A stretch of 63,991 nt of DNA, filler included, from Dugesia japonica (taxonomy: Eukaryota), in the NCBI GenBank assembly GCA_001938525.1. It is 6 parts of 6 records of this genome, joined end to end, with 100 filler letters (N's around TTAATTAATTAA, not from the genome) between each part and the next. Parts side by side here need not be neighbours in the genome. Positions count along the whole stretch, not along the records: positions 19,546 to 29,384 come from MQRL01586408.1; positions 29,485 to 38,806 come from MQRL01596158.1; 4 more parts are not named here. One strand, written 5' to 3'. Positions within the stretch are counted from its first letter, which is position 1. Every line of letters begins with the position of its first letter. Under the pieces are notes generated by a model that had not been told where the DNA came from, made no database searches, and saw only the letters and a list, made by a program, of their open reading frames with translations. Made by a program: the position numbers and the translations under genes. Of the stretch, positions 23,866 to 37,339 are shown piece by piece.

Positions 23866-25125
23866 GTAGAAAAATTGAATTATTATCTTCACAAAACTGG
23901 ATACTGCTATAACTATAAAATTGATTACTTTCAAGACAATTATCAATTGAAATCATATTGTTAATTTATGCTTTATGTATTACTTAAATAAGTTTAATAA
24001 ACTCTTATTATTAACTGATAATGAAAAAATAAAAAAAACAAAAAAATCACACAAGTGAAGAACTATAATATTTCGAGCCAATTTTGCTCAACATCAATGA
24101 CACAATTCCGTCTAATACATATGATTATTTAAAGAACAGCCAAGATGGCAATCGAGCTCAAATAAATAATTTTTCATCAATTTTTATTTTGGCTTCTCAA
24201 TCCAATTTCATGATCACCGTTCTGGTTTAACATAATTTTTGACATTAATTTCTGGCGACTGTTTCTATTCTGTAGAATTTCGCAATTTGATCTGTCGTCC
24301 ACTATTTCGATTTCAGGTAATTTTATATTATTAATTTACTGTCACTATTCCGTATTACATAATTTCTCCATCTATTCCTCATGTATATATATATGTGTGT
24401 GTGTTTATGTGTGTGTGATTCTGATATTCACAAATTACAGCACAAGCTTTTAATAATAAATCCTATGATAAAAAATACCCATAGCAATAATAAGATAATC
24501 AATTAGTCTTATATGAGCTAACGAGATTGATTCGATGGATAATGATCTAAGTAAAACTCTAGCTTTTACTATTCCAATAATTCCAATTCGATTGCTTTAA
24601 TTTCCTTTTTAATTCGCTTCTTTAATTTTCAAAATATTCTTTATTATTTTCACAATACTTTTAATTCTTTTTAACCCTTTAAATTGTTTCAATAACTTTT
24701 GATTCCTTTGATAACTTTTAAATTCTTTTTAAATTTCTTTATTATTCTTTAAAACTCCTTTAAAATTCTCCTTTAAATTTGTATAATTCTATAAATTTCT
24801 TTTTTAACTTTATTCAACTTTAACTTCTATTTTAGTTCTCCAAACTTCTAAACTATGCTTTCGTATGTTTGTTTATGTAGTTCCATTCTGGCGCCATGAT
24901 TCTGACTTCGCTTTACTAGTAAAAGTTTTGACAACTTTCAATTATCTTCTTTTAGCCTCTTCTGTAACATAATTCTGATGTTCATTCCGAACTCCTACAT
25001 TTTTCTCTTATTCTAATTTCACCTGTCACTTTCTAAATGTCATTTCAGAAATCAAAATTTTAAAATTTTCATTTCAAAATTTATTTTCTAAAAATTAAAA
25101 TTTTTTCCATTGATCTGTAAATTAA

Positions 25126-25253
25126 ACAAATAATTTTGAAAAACAATTTCCAATAAGTAAAATTTATTATCAATTCCGAAGATCAAAACGTTGTGATCTT
25201 CTCAATTGAAAATAAATTTTGCTTATTGGAATTTGTTTTTCAAAATTATTTGT
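25126..25253. repeat. ~128-bp palindrome (foldback/MITE or PLE-type inverted end)
   Basis: ACAAATAATTTTGAAAAACAATTTCCAATAAG pairs with CTTATTGGAATTTGTTTTTCAAAATTATTTGT; centre GAAGATCAAAACGTTGTGATCTTC. Confidence 0.7.
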
Positions 25254-26481
25254 CACTTTCTAATTAAATTCTTGAATTTTTGTTATCTCTCTTTTTATTA
25301 TGCTTTTTTATTTCATTTTCACGCTTAAAAATAATATAATGCTTTAATTAATTAATAAATATATTTTTTATTTAAGTTTGCTCAATTTTAACGTTCTAGA
25401 TAGTGCACAAACATACACATGCATACACATACTTGTAATTGCATTTATATTAATTTATTCTAAATTATTTATATTTTTAAAATTATTAATTAGTTTCGTT
25501 TTTTATTTTTGAATGTAATTTTACTTAATTTAACACAACCCTGACATTTTCAAAGAAATTGTGTAAAACTCTTAATTAATTAAATTATTTGAATTGATTT
25601 CAAATAATTTAATTAATTAAGAGTTTTCATAAGTCTCATCTAGACGAAATAATTCTTTTAAATTCAAAAAATATGCTCCGTTTTGAATTAACAACATTGA
25701 AATATTGTATTATTTCTTCCTGAAATAAATTCTTAAAATGTTCGTATAATAATTGGTTTTTTTAGAAAATTGAAAATATTAATTTTCATATTACATAAAA
25801 TTACTTTCAATACTAAAACATTTAAATAATATTGTTTTTTTTAAAAAATATTGGCTGAATAAATGAATTTGTTATCATCAATAGAAAGAAATATGTTTCT
25901 AAAGTTTTGTATGAGATGCCGATATTATATTTAATATAATATATTAGTTAAAGTAATTAGAGAATTCTTTGTAATTGCTAGTAAGTCAAAGACAAAATGA
26001 ATTTTATATTCAATGACATCTGAGATGAAATAGAAATTATTATATTCTACACTTGACATAATATATTAACATTGTTAATAAATTTCTTATTTTTTTATAT
26101 AAAAAAGTTATCTATAAAAATAATTATTCAATTACCAAGTTTTCTTTTCTACGGGATGTTTATATTTAGTATTTCAGTTTAATTACTGAAAGCTAATACT
26201 GGTATTATCAACAATGTTGGGTGATACCAAATAACAACATTTCATTAAGAAATTAATAAAGTATTTATTTTTTATTCGCATTATTAACAAATTATTATTC
26301 GGTTTTATATTCCAATTATTATTATTATTANNNNNNNNNNNNNNNNNNNNNNNNNNNNNNNNNNNNNNNNNNNNNNNNNNNNNNNNNNNNNNNNNNNNNN
26401 NNNNNNNNNNNNNNNNNNNNNTAATATTAAGCACTGATCAAATAGTTCAGCATATTAATATCTATCTAGTTCTAGTTTCGG

Positions 26482-28008
26482 TCAGTGTGACATTTGACAT
26501 TTTATATCAAGACAAAAATCCGAAATATTTACTTTGCTATTTAATGTTGCCACTCGTAATTCGTTTGCGAAATTATCATCAGTCACCCTATATCTGTTAT
26601 TGCTTTTTGTTTGTTTCATTTTAGAAAAAAACTTTTCATAGATATAGGTGCTAGGAAATAGTGATACCATTTTAGACCATGAAATTAGATTGTTGAAACT
26701 GCTTCCGGAGAAATGTAAGGTTTGTAGAATTGAATCAATGAGATGTCATGGTACTTTCTTTCCAGATCGCCACTACGCCTCAGTTCAATGAGCTCCACTT
26801 GCATTGATACTGATGCTGTTTTGAAATTAATACTGGATGGTTCAGAAATTAATTTCAAATTGTTTTCGTGTTCTGCATAATCTGCAAACATTGAAGAAAA
26901 CTGCGTTTTTATTTCAATTATGTTTTCATTAAATTTCTTAATGTTTGCAATCAATAAGATTTGGAAAATGCACTGTAATGGACTTTAAAAATTGACTTAT
27001 CCACTTTTTTGGCTTTGTTTTGAATTTTCTGATATGTTCGTAAAGATTTTCCATCAATTGATCTTGGTATTGTAAGTTTGTATTCAAATCATTTAGATGA
27101 ACTGATATGTCAACCAAAACTCAGAATTTAATAGCCAGTTTGCATCGAATAATTCTGGAAGTGGATTTTCTTTTATTTACAAAAAAGTTTAATTTATTCA
27201 CGAAGACGATAAAAGCAATGCATGACATTTTCTTTGCTCAGTTAACGTCAATCACTTTAGTAGACTACATAAGAGTATTTTGTTTCAATGTCACTGAGAA
27301 AAGTTTAAACTGTCGATGATTCAATCCCCGTGCTCTTATAAAACTCACGGTTTTCACAACCACTGTCATCAGATAATCCATCTTCAGTTCTTTTGCATAA
27401 AATTATCTAGGTTGACAGTGCAGTATGATGCAATTAATTGCTCATTTTCTTTCAATTTTTGATTTGGTTTATCAATAAAATATCAATTCAATAATTAAAT
27501 ATTGATATAAATAAATTATTCGTTCAAAGAGCCAACAAGGCAGTTCAAATTTATATAACAAAACTGTTGACAAAAGTAGAGAATTCATACGGCTTGTATT
27601 ATTTTATGCCCTCAGCCTCACCTATCTAAGAAGTATGAAAACCAAAGCGTACTATCAATGATTTAATCGAAGCCGATATCACAGAAAATGCTTCGAACCA
27701 CCTTAAAATTTTGTACCCTGCATAATTATCATCTGGGCTTGAAAGTTTTCTCAACCAGGTGAGACTATAAATGAGGGCGGGGGAGACTGGTGGTTCAGTG
27801 TTGTACAAAGAAGCTGATATTGAGATCAAATATGGACTATGGGCGAATGTGTAAACTTGACTATATTAATAACTCAGATACATATTTCTGTATTACTTGA
27901 AGCTTGTCGCGGGTCAAGTTATCTGTTGTTTATAAGAGCATACTGTGTTCCTACCAAAAGACATCCGAGGGCCGGATTCAATTGGCGAGCCGTATGCTGC
28001 TCATGCTT
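26482..28008 (-). mobile_element. hAT (Buster/SPIN, GTF2IRD2-like) transposon relic
   Basis: MTVVVKTVSFIRARGLNHRQFK; SLFPSTYIYEKFFSKMK...TDDNFANELRVAT...CQMSH dimerisation-domain C-terminus; terminal AGCATGAGCAGCATACGGCTCG..AATCCGGCCC. Confidence 0.85.
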
Positions 28009-29384
28009 AATTTAAATTAATAAGAACAATAGTTTATAAGGAAAAGTGTTAGATATAGGTGCGACGTCAAAAAAGATAATTCTTTAGTTAATAAAAATTA
28101 ATCATTACAATAAAATTATTTTCTTATCAAACCGATCTATTGAAATTGAAATAAAAGTTTATTTCTAAAAAATTTTCATAACTAAAAATACAATATAAAT
28201 AAAAATAAATAATAATCAAAATTTAAAATTTCGTAACTTTTTAAAAACTCCTTCAATTTACTTTCAATATTAAAACAACATAATTTACAAATTATTAAAC
28301 CATATAAAACCAAACCTATTCAAATAAAATACAAATTAATACAATTCAAGTATAAATACGATTCCAGATCTAATTACGTAAAATTAAAATCTACTTACTA
28401 TAAATCATCACATAAATTATGTCGAAATATTGAAAAAATCTAGTAAAATCAAAAAATATATATTTGATAAATAGTTTTGAAAACTATTAACTAAAAATTA
28501 CATAAAAATTAAACATTAGTTTCTGGAATTATTTAATTAAATTTAAAACAAATAATATCACCATTCGTAAATTGAAAAAAAAATTTTAATAACAAAAATG
28601 TTAAAACTTTAATTTTTAATCTCATAAATTGTGTAATATTATCACAAGTTGATTTAAATTAAAGATTTCTCTAGAGACATAAAATCAATTGATGTGTGAT
28701 TCTAATTATAAAATGATGAACAGGTTCTCTGAAAAAATCTTCATACAATGTCTCCCAATTCNNNNNNNNNNNNNNNNNNNNNNNNNNNNNNNNNNNNNNN
28801 NNAATTTAATTTTTTAATTTGATTATCTAAATGGAATCAAATTATTTTGACTTTGATTTATTAAAAAAATGAAATATTCGTTTTCTTTTTTATTTTTAAA
28901 ATAATTTTTCAATTAAATAATTTTAAAATTCTAATAAAAAAATTCAATTGAAATCAGATTATCTCTATAATTTAATTTAATAGAAAAGTAGAATTTGAAC
29001 TAATTAATTAATTTTTTAACCATACACAACTTTCCAATTTTCTCAGTAAAACATGGATTTTATTTGCACGGTATTTAAATGCGATGTTGTTCTTACCATT
29101 CATAGAAACAAGTAATGAAGTCAATAGTCAGTTGCGTACAGTATGGGTGCTGAGGGATAGAAACCTTCGCATGCTGAATCGTAGGAGCGCCGAAATAGGT
29201 GTCGAATGATTTTGTAAAAACACTATCACATTTAGAAAGATATTTTGAGCACAAAGTTATTATGAACTGATAAAATTAAATTATATCTTTTTGCAGTTCT
29301 ATATGTCAATAATAATAAATTCCCATTGTTTTAATATGTTGAAAGTGTAATTATAAAGACGAATTTTTATAGTTTAATTTATTT

Positions 29385-29484
29385 NNNNNNNNNNNNNNNN
29401 NNNNNNNNNNNNNNNNNNNNNNNNNNNNTTAATTAATTAANNNNNNNNNNNNNNNNNNNNNNNNNNNNNNNNNNNNNNNNNNNN
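29385..29484. other. Artificial scaffold linker
   Basis: N44-TTAATTAATTAA (29429-29440)-N44. Confidence 0.95.
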
Positions 29485-29554
29485 TTAATGAAATCTCAAA
29501 TCCGATCAATGGTTAAGTCCAACAATTATTCTCACAATAGTTGTAATTATAAAA

Positions 29555-31490
29555 TTCTATATTGTATGTATTATGTGAATATATAGAGTATATTATGTTT
29601 TAATTATATAATTTTTTAAGGTTTATTGTGTATATTATATGACATTATTGGGGTATTGTATGTATTATATGATATTATTTCGTGCATTTCATGTAATATA
29701 TGAATATAGGGTATATTGTATGTATTTAAGTGACTTTACTGGGTTTATTGTGTGTATTATATATCTTTATTAGATTTATTGTATGTATTATATGAATACA
29801 TAGGGTATATTGTATGTATTTATGGGACTTTAATGGATTAATTATATGTATTATAGAGCATTATTAGGTGTAATTTATGACATTAAGTCATGTATTGTTT
29901 GTATAATAGGGTTTATTGAGTGTATTATATCATTATTTTTTGTTAATTCTGTGTATTAGATGACTTTGTATATCTTAATGTGTGTATTTAAAGAACATAT
30001 TGGGTTTAATGTATGAATCCAGTGACTTTATATAGTTTATTGCGTATATAATATCCGTTGGTTTATTGTGTATAAGACTCACTTAGTTTACTGTGTATGA
30101 AGCTCTATTGAGTTTTTTGTTAGGCTCTATTGATCTATGTTATTTTTGTAAAAGTTTCCATTACATCTTTGTTATGTTTAAAAATATTACATAGACATCT
30201 ATGCTATGTTTGAGAATATATGTAAATTTATGTAAATTTATGTGAATTTATGTAAACTTTTATTGACTTCTTTACAATATTTGCGTTATTTTCCCTATGT
30301 TATACATAGGTTTTTGTCAACGTCTGGTGACATATATGTTATTTTTGAAAATATTACATATACATATATGCTAAGTTTGAAAATATTACATATACATATA
30401 TGTTAAGTTTGAAAATATTACATAGATATACATAAAATTTTTTGAAACATTACATAGACATCTATACAATTTTGAAACATTTTATCACTTAGTTCATATA
30501 AATCAATCAAATCACTATAATAACTCAGTAAAAACAATATAAAACCATATAATAATCATGTAAATCCCTAAAGAAATCATACAATAACCATACATTTAAA
30601 TTATAAAACCACATAATAACTCTAGAATTACCTTATAAATGATATAATAATAATACAGTTACCCTATAAAACCATATAAAAATCTTATAAATTTTTATAC
30701 AAACCATATAAGAACATATAAAACAATATGACCATCTTATAAANNNNNNNNNNNNNNNNNNNNNNNNNNNNNNNNNNNNNNNNNNNNNNNNNNNNNNNNN
30801 NNNNNNNNNNNNNNNNNNNNNNNNNNNNNNNNNNNNNNNNNNNNNNNNNNNNNNNNNNNNNNNNNNNNNNNNNACTATAAATCAATATAATTACTTTTTA
30901 AAAGTCTATGATTATCTTATGAAACATATATAATTACCGTATATAACCATAAACTTAACTTATACAAACATTATTAAATCATACAAAAACCATATTAAAA
31001 CATATCAACCATATAAAACTCTATTAAATTCATATAATTACCATATTAAACCCTCTTGTTACTTTGTAAACCCAATAAAACTATATAAAACCTTTAAAAA
31101 ATATATAAAAACCCTTATATTTACTTAGTAAACCACCTTTTGTATACTTACATTCCAATTTCCAAACATATAATGTCTTTGTTAACTTGAACAAGTATGA
31201 TTCATGCTCTTTGTTCTAGTTGCACTTGTGTTGCAATCTCTATGTTTGACTTGCATTTGTGTTGTACAGGTATGACTCATGTTTTTGAGTATGTGTGTAT
31301 GTATTGGTGCATTCTATGTGTATTAATTTATTATGTGATAAAAAAACCTAATAATAGTTCGATAATATTTTATAAGACTATAAAACTCTATAAAATACTC
31401 ATACAACTATATAAAAAAGATTCATATAAAACCTATATAATTAATATTTAACCCTTTAATAACCATATAAAACTATATAAAAACCCTATA
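29555..31490. repeat. Degenerate minisatellite-like array that switches strand
   Basis: GGGTTTATTGTATGTATTATATGA-like units (29555-30130), TTTGAAAATATTACATA(T/G)ACAT units (30160-30480), complementary AAAACCATATAAAA-like units (30500-31490). Confidence 0.6.
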
Positions 31491-32102
31491 ATAATATCAC
31501 AGCAAATTGAATATAACAAAATCAGATTTCAAAATCCGTTTACAACAACCTGCGGTCAACATTNTCTATTGTGGCTTAACAATCAACATTTTAACTGACA
31601 ATTGACATTATGTGAAGTATAATCAATATTGTAGTTAAAAATGTATATGTTCTATATAAATAAATGTATTATATGAAAATATTTTATTGTAATTATAAAA
31701 TAGTTAATTAATCTTTGTTAAAATCATAAAAATATAAAACAGTTAATTGACCTTTGTTAAAATCAAAAACATGTCTTTGTTATTTTCATGACTAATGTAA
31801 ATGACTTTGTAAATTTAACAATATACTACGTTGCAGTAATTTAAAATTATTTTATCAAAAAGTTGTTTCTTGTCACAACTTAATATACTACGTTGTGGTA
31901 TTTTAAAATATATTAATAATAAAAACATATTGAGAACATTGCTGAACGAAGAAACGGTAAACTTTTGATTTTCATTATTATTAATTAATTGTTTATAGGT
32001 TATGAACAATATAAACGGTAATAAAAATATGAATTAGTCAAGTTTACTGATGTATAATTTAAATATTATTTTATTATTTAATGATTATTAATTTTATTTG
32101 AG

Positions 32103-35100
32103 AATTATAATAATTTAAATCAAGGTGGAAGAGGTATCAAGACAAAGAGTTTAATTAAAGTAAATTTATTATCAACACTTTATATTTGTTAAAATTATTT
32201 ATTTAGAATTATGATGCTTCTGTTGTTGCTGCTCCTGCTCCTGTTGCTGGTACTATCTATGATAAAAGTTCGTTTTTATTTTATAATTTATTTTATGTTA
32301 ATTTTTAATATTTTTGTAAAATATAATACAACTTATTTTTCCCAGAATGTTGTACAATGTACAAACATTATTGTGCAAATCGGACTCATAAAGGTGACTG
32401 TCATAGTATTATGGAGAGATACTATGCACATTGTTTTTATGAGAAAAAGTATTACATATGTCCATCATGTAGGTCTTTAGGAATAGGTGAATATTTAGAC
32501 TTTAATAGCTTGCATGCAGAACACTTAGGGCAGTTTACAATAAATAAGAAACAATTATTAAGGATGATATAAGATAATGAGATAGATAAGCCACCAACAA
32601 AAAAACGAAAAGAAGATGTTATCTCAGATGAAGAAATGAAGATGGAATCTCAGATAATTGATGATGATTGGACCGATTTTTAAATCATAGATGAAATGGA
32701 TGAAGAAGATATTGCCACGCAAAGCTTTATGGATGAAGAAGAAGCACAAGTTGGTGGGTCCCTCAATGAAGATGTGATAATAGAAAGTGACTTATATAAA
32801 TGTCACCAGATAATAAAAATGAATGTTTCAAAGTAAAATATGAGAGAAATCGTTTTACCAAACTCATTGATTGAGCAGTTATTCAAAATTATTGAAAAAT
32901 TAAAAAATGTCAAGATCCAATTCGGGATAAATGTTGAATTCAAGAAAGAAGACGATACAAAAACTTGTAGATTGTTGAATCGAACTGTTCCATTGAGTGA
33001 TTCTTGTTTCGAAGATTGGATAAAACAGTTAAATGAGAAGATAGCTATACGAAGTGAGCTCGGATCTAGCTGGATACTGAGCCGCATACTGGAAATAAAT
33101 TTTAAGATCACCAAGATAACAGATATTAGAAGGCTATCTGGCCATTGCTACATTCTAACACCAAAATACCTCGGGACAAAANGGCTGTTGTTAACGTTAA
33201 AAACAAGGACAACAAGTGTTTCATATATAGTATCCTAGCAATTATCAAACAGAAACAAGTTAGAGAAATAACAAATACATGTCTGAATTAGTCTTTGATG
33301 AACCATGCCTATGAAACTGTCAGATATTCCAATGTTCGAAAAGAGAAACCAGGGCTTATCAATTAATGTTTTCAAATGGAATTCACAATCAATGGAGGAC
33401 GATGATGACGTTATCATGACGCATCCGAATTTATACATTATACATCGGTCTAAATGCGATGGAGAAAAGATCAATTTATTGTTGTTAGAAGATGACAACA
33501 AATTTCATCACACTGAAGTAATGAATTTGAATAGATTGATGAACCGAGATATTAAAAAGGATGGTTATTGAATTCGATCAATGTGGTCTGAAAATTGTCT
33601 TAACGGATTCTGGGATATAACGGCTTACAATACTCATGAGTCAATTTGTGAGAAAATTGAGACGGGCACCACATTATACAAGATGCCCACAGAAAAGAAT
33701 CTAGAGTTTCAAGATTACTCAAAAACTAAAAATCCACCCTTTGTTATATATGCTGATTTTGAATCAGTATTACCAAGCAACGAAAAATATGTCCAGAAAC
33801 ATTTACCTGTTTCAGCTAGACTGTTGTTGATAAATAATTTTACCAATGCAGTAAAATACAGCCAGTTTATTAAAAATAAATGCGTATATGAATTCCTAAA
33901 GGCAGTGGAGAAAATTGGTAATAATATAGTATATCATATTATATTAAAGAAGGAAAAATGAAACGAATTATGAACTCGGATCAAGAAATAAAATTTAAAC
34001 ATAGTACAATATGTCATTTGTATAAAAATCCTTTATGTAATCCAGTTCGGGATCATAACCATTTTACAGGTAAGTATATAGGAGCCGCCTGTAATAAGTG
34101 CAATTTAAGCAGAAGAATCAACTATCAATTACCTGTAGTCTTCCATAATTTGAGAGGATTTGATCTTCACCATATATTAAAGTATGAATTAAATAAATTT
34201 CCGCATGAACCATATCATGTATACCAGCAAAATCAGAAATATTCCTATGCGTCATTGGAGATCTGAAAGAAATTACAAGGAAATTTATTGACTAGTACCA
34301 ATTTATAAACTCTTCATTGGATGCAGCAGTCAAATCCTTAAAAGAGACACCTTTGACAACAAATGAATTTAAAAACAGCAGAATAACAATGTCAAAAGTG
34401 ATATTTCCTTATAATTATGCCACCAGTTTGGAGATTTTGGTTAAAACAACAACAATACCACCAAGATGGGAGGAAGTTAGTGAACAAGATTATCAAAAAG
34501 CGGTGGAAATGTGGACTATAACAGGATGCAACAATTTATTGGATTATATGCTAGTATATTTGAAACTAGATGTGTTTTTGTTAGCCGATTTCTTTCAACA
34601 GTTTAGAAATAAATCATTGGCGCACAATAATCTGGAGCCATTAACATTCTTTGGCATCCCAGGTATGAGTTGGGCATCTGTATTGATGTCATTAAATTGA
34701 ACTGTTGACTGATAATGATATGTATACCTTTTTTGAAAGGGGTATACGAGGTGGGCTAACATTTGTAAATAAACATCATGTTATTAGTAACGAAAACACA
34801 GGTTTATTATACATCGACATCAACAATCTATATGGATTGGCATTAAGTCAGAAATTGCCCTATGCCAATTATATATATATATACTGGATTGGATTCAGTA
34901 TTGGAAGAATGTAGAATAGAAGATCTCGATTCGTTACCATATTGATACACAATAGAAGTGGATATGGTTATATCAGCAGAAATACAAGATGAACTGAATG
35001 ATTTACCTGTTGCAACAGAACATCAAAGTGCTCCAGGTAGTAAAGTGATAAAATTAATGCTGACTCATTGCTCGAAAGAAAATTATGTCATACACTGGAG

Positions 35101-35996
35101 ATTGCTGCAAATTGATCTGCAATTGGGTGTACAAATAACAAAGGTACACAGAAGTACAAAGTTAAGCCAGGCATCTATTTTCATACCATATATAGATGTT
35201 AACACTAAATTAAGATCAGAGTGTAAATAAGAGTTGGAGAAGAATTATTATAAGCTTTTAAAAAATAGCCTGTATGGTAAAACAGTTGAGAATTTAAAGA
35301 AGAGTATGAATTTAAGATTATGCAATTCAGCTCAAAAATTGATGACATATATATCAAAAGCTGGATTCAGAAAAACAACTAAAATTTATGATGATCTAAT
35401 AGCTGTTTGGTTGAGCAAAGACATAATTTGTTTGGACCGACCGAGTTAAATAGGACAGACTGTACTGGAATTAAGCAATTTAAGAATGTACCGGTTACAG
35501 TACATTGAGTTGAAAAAGTACATAAAAAGAAGAAAATTGTGAGATAAATATAGTAGCCGGTGATACGGATAGATTTTTCTTGGAGATTAAGAACATAAAA
35601 TTGGAAAAACTAACTACATTAATGGTGAAAGACCAACTATTAGATACGTCCAATTACAGCACAAACGATCCCCTTTACAGAAAAAATTTTAATTTAGTAA
35701 TTGGAAAGTTCAAGGATGAGAGTAAAGGGAAGAAGTATCAAGAATGGATATCTTTGAGACCAATGTGTTATAACCTACTTAGAGAGAAAGAATCAATGAA
35801 AGCTAAGGGCGTAGCATTTAAAGGTACTGACATTCGTAATCAGTTATACCTTGACTGTTATATTAATAATGAAACGGTCTCAGTAGATCAATTTCGAAGT
35901 ATTAAGAATAAAAAAATAGTTCTGTCTAATAAGGATGATAAGCAAGTATGGACAGAGAAAAATTGAAGCTTACCATACGGGAATTATTTATTGTAA
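32103..35996 (+). pseudogene. polB: Polinton/Maverick (adintovirus-like) protein-primed family B DNA polymerase, many stops and frameshifts
   Basis: YADFES (ExoI), VRDHNHFTGKYIGAACNKCNL (endonuclease VII-like insert), FHNLRGFD (ExoII), YLKLDV (ExoIII), GIRGG, YIDINNLYG, KLLKNSLYGK, GDTD, GKFKDE, KAKGV; predicted GT-AG introns 32160-32206 and 32268-32345. Confidence 0.9.
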
Positions 35997-36443
35997 TACT
36001 TTACCTCAATAAAGATCAATCCAACTCAATCATGCTCAATCCATTCTATCTCAAAGGATGAAATTATTTTATTATAGATAGTATTTAAAATTTTTATATT
36101 CAGGAAAAAGAAGAATATTGTATATATGTGAACTTGTAACGGTCATCTTTTGGACCACAAATATTGATTGAGAGTACATCAGTTCTCTGTAGGAATCAAA
36201 ATTATAAGTTCAATAAAGAAATTTAAACAAAGAAAAAGCAATGCAGATGCAAGTCAAGAAAAAACTATGAGTCATAATTGTACAACTAAAATGCAAGTTA
36301 AACAAAGACAATGCAACTCAAATGCAAGTATACAAAGAGCATGAGTGATGCAGGTGCGCAATAAGAATGCAAGTCAAACAAAGAAAATGAAGTTGAAATA
36401 ATGGTCAATATAAACCAAATCAACATTTTTCATTTTATCAACA

Positions 36444-36762
36444 ATGAATTTAGATAAAGTTACAGATGATATGGTTGAATTTATTGATTTAAATTGTTCC
36501 CATGAAATTAAACAAAATGTTGTAGAATTGAATGAAGAAGAATGGACTTCATTGTGAGAAGAGGAGAAGAAAACATTTGTTGAAGCTATAGGTAAGATAT
36601 TTTTATTAATTTATTATTAAAATAATGAATGACTTAGAAAATATTCAAGAGGATGTTAAAATGATAGTTGATCTACGAACAGTTGAAGATGTACCAATGA
36701 TAAAAGAAGAAATACTGATAATTAAAAGTTCAGGCCTTTAAGAAAAACCAAAAGATATTTGA
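36444..36762 (+). pseudogene. Small acidic two-exon gene downstream of polB
   Basis: ATG at 36444; 46-nt GTAAGA...TTAG intron (36592-36637) keeps frame (VEAI-E-NIQEDVK); internal stops; AATAAA downstream. Confidence 0.45.
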
Positions 36763-36889
36763 TTATATTGATTGTTAATTATGTTATTAAATAAATATTC
36801 TCTTAAAAAAAGTTTTTATTTTCATATATTTCAACCAAAAAAATTTTAAATAAAAATTTAAAAAACAAACAAATTAAAAAAAATTATAA

Positions 36890-37181
36890 GAAAAACAATG
36901 AGTCATGATCTTTAAAAACGATGAGTCATCATTAAAACTTTGAAAAATTTCAACCAATCAGAATTGAGGATACGGGATCACCGACTAATTAGAATCGAGA
37001 ATACTAAATAACTGAATTCGAAAAATTTTTAAGAAAAGCGATGTATCATGATCTATAAAAACGATGATTCATTGCCTTTGTTCAAGTCATTGATGAGTCA
37101 TACCTATGACTCATAGTATTTGTTCTAAAAGTTGTTTGACTAGTGGGAGGAGGGTATTCAGTGCGCTACTATTTACCTAAT
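36890..37181 (-). mobile_element. Polinton terminal inverted repeat (right end)
   Basis: - strand TAGGTAAATAGTAGCGCACTGAATACCCTCC...TGAGTCAT repeats aligns with 63772-63991. Confidence 0.65.
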
Positions 37182-37339
37182 TAACCTTTATTTATTTTTT
37201 ATTTAGTTATTTTACGAACCAGGTTCATGAGACAACCCTATCTTAATTTTTAATTTTCTGTCTAATGGTTTAAACAAAAAAAATTTAAGGAAAAAATTGA
37301 AACATTAAAACAAAAAAAGATTATATGTATTAATATTAA

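Larger units (their letters stand above)
22466..24969 (-). mobile_element. Second LTR-like element (~2.5 kb) with tandem small ORFs
   Basis: - strand TGTTACA...CCTAACA ends (TSD not exact, so boundaries tentative), A-rich 5' part, then three GC-richer ORFs separated by AT-rich spacers. Confidence 0.45.

Noticed and set aside
24888-24897. TGGCGCC as a tRNA-Lys primer-binding site
   Set aside because: Not adjacent to a CA LTR end and the match does not extend
32211-32480. ORF with poly-Leu signal peptide (MMLLLLLL...)
   Set aside because: Off-frame reading of the VVAAPAPVAG exon running into an intron
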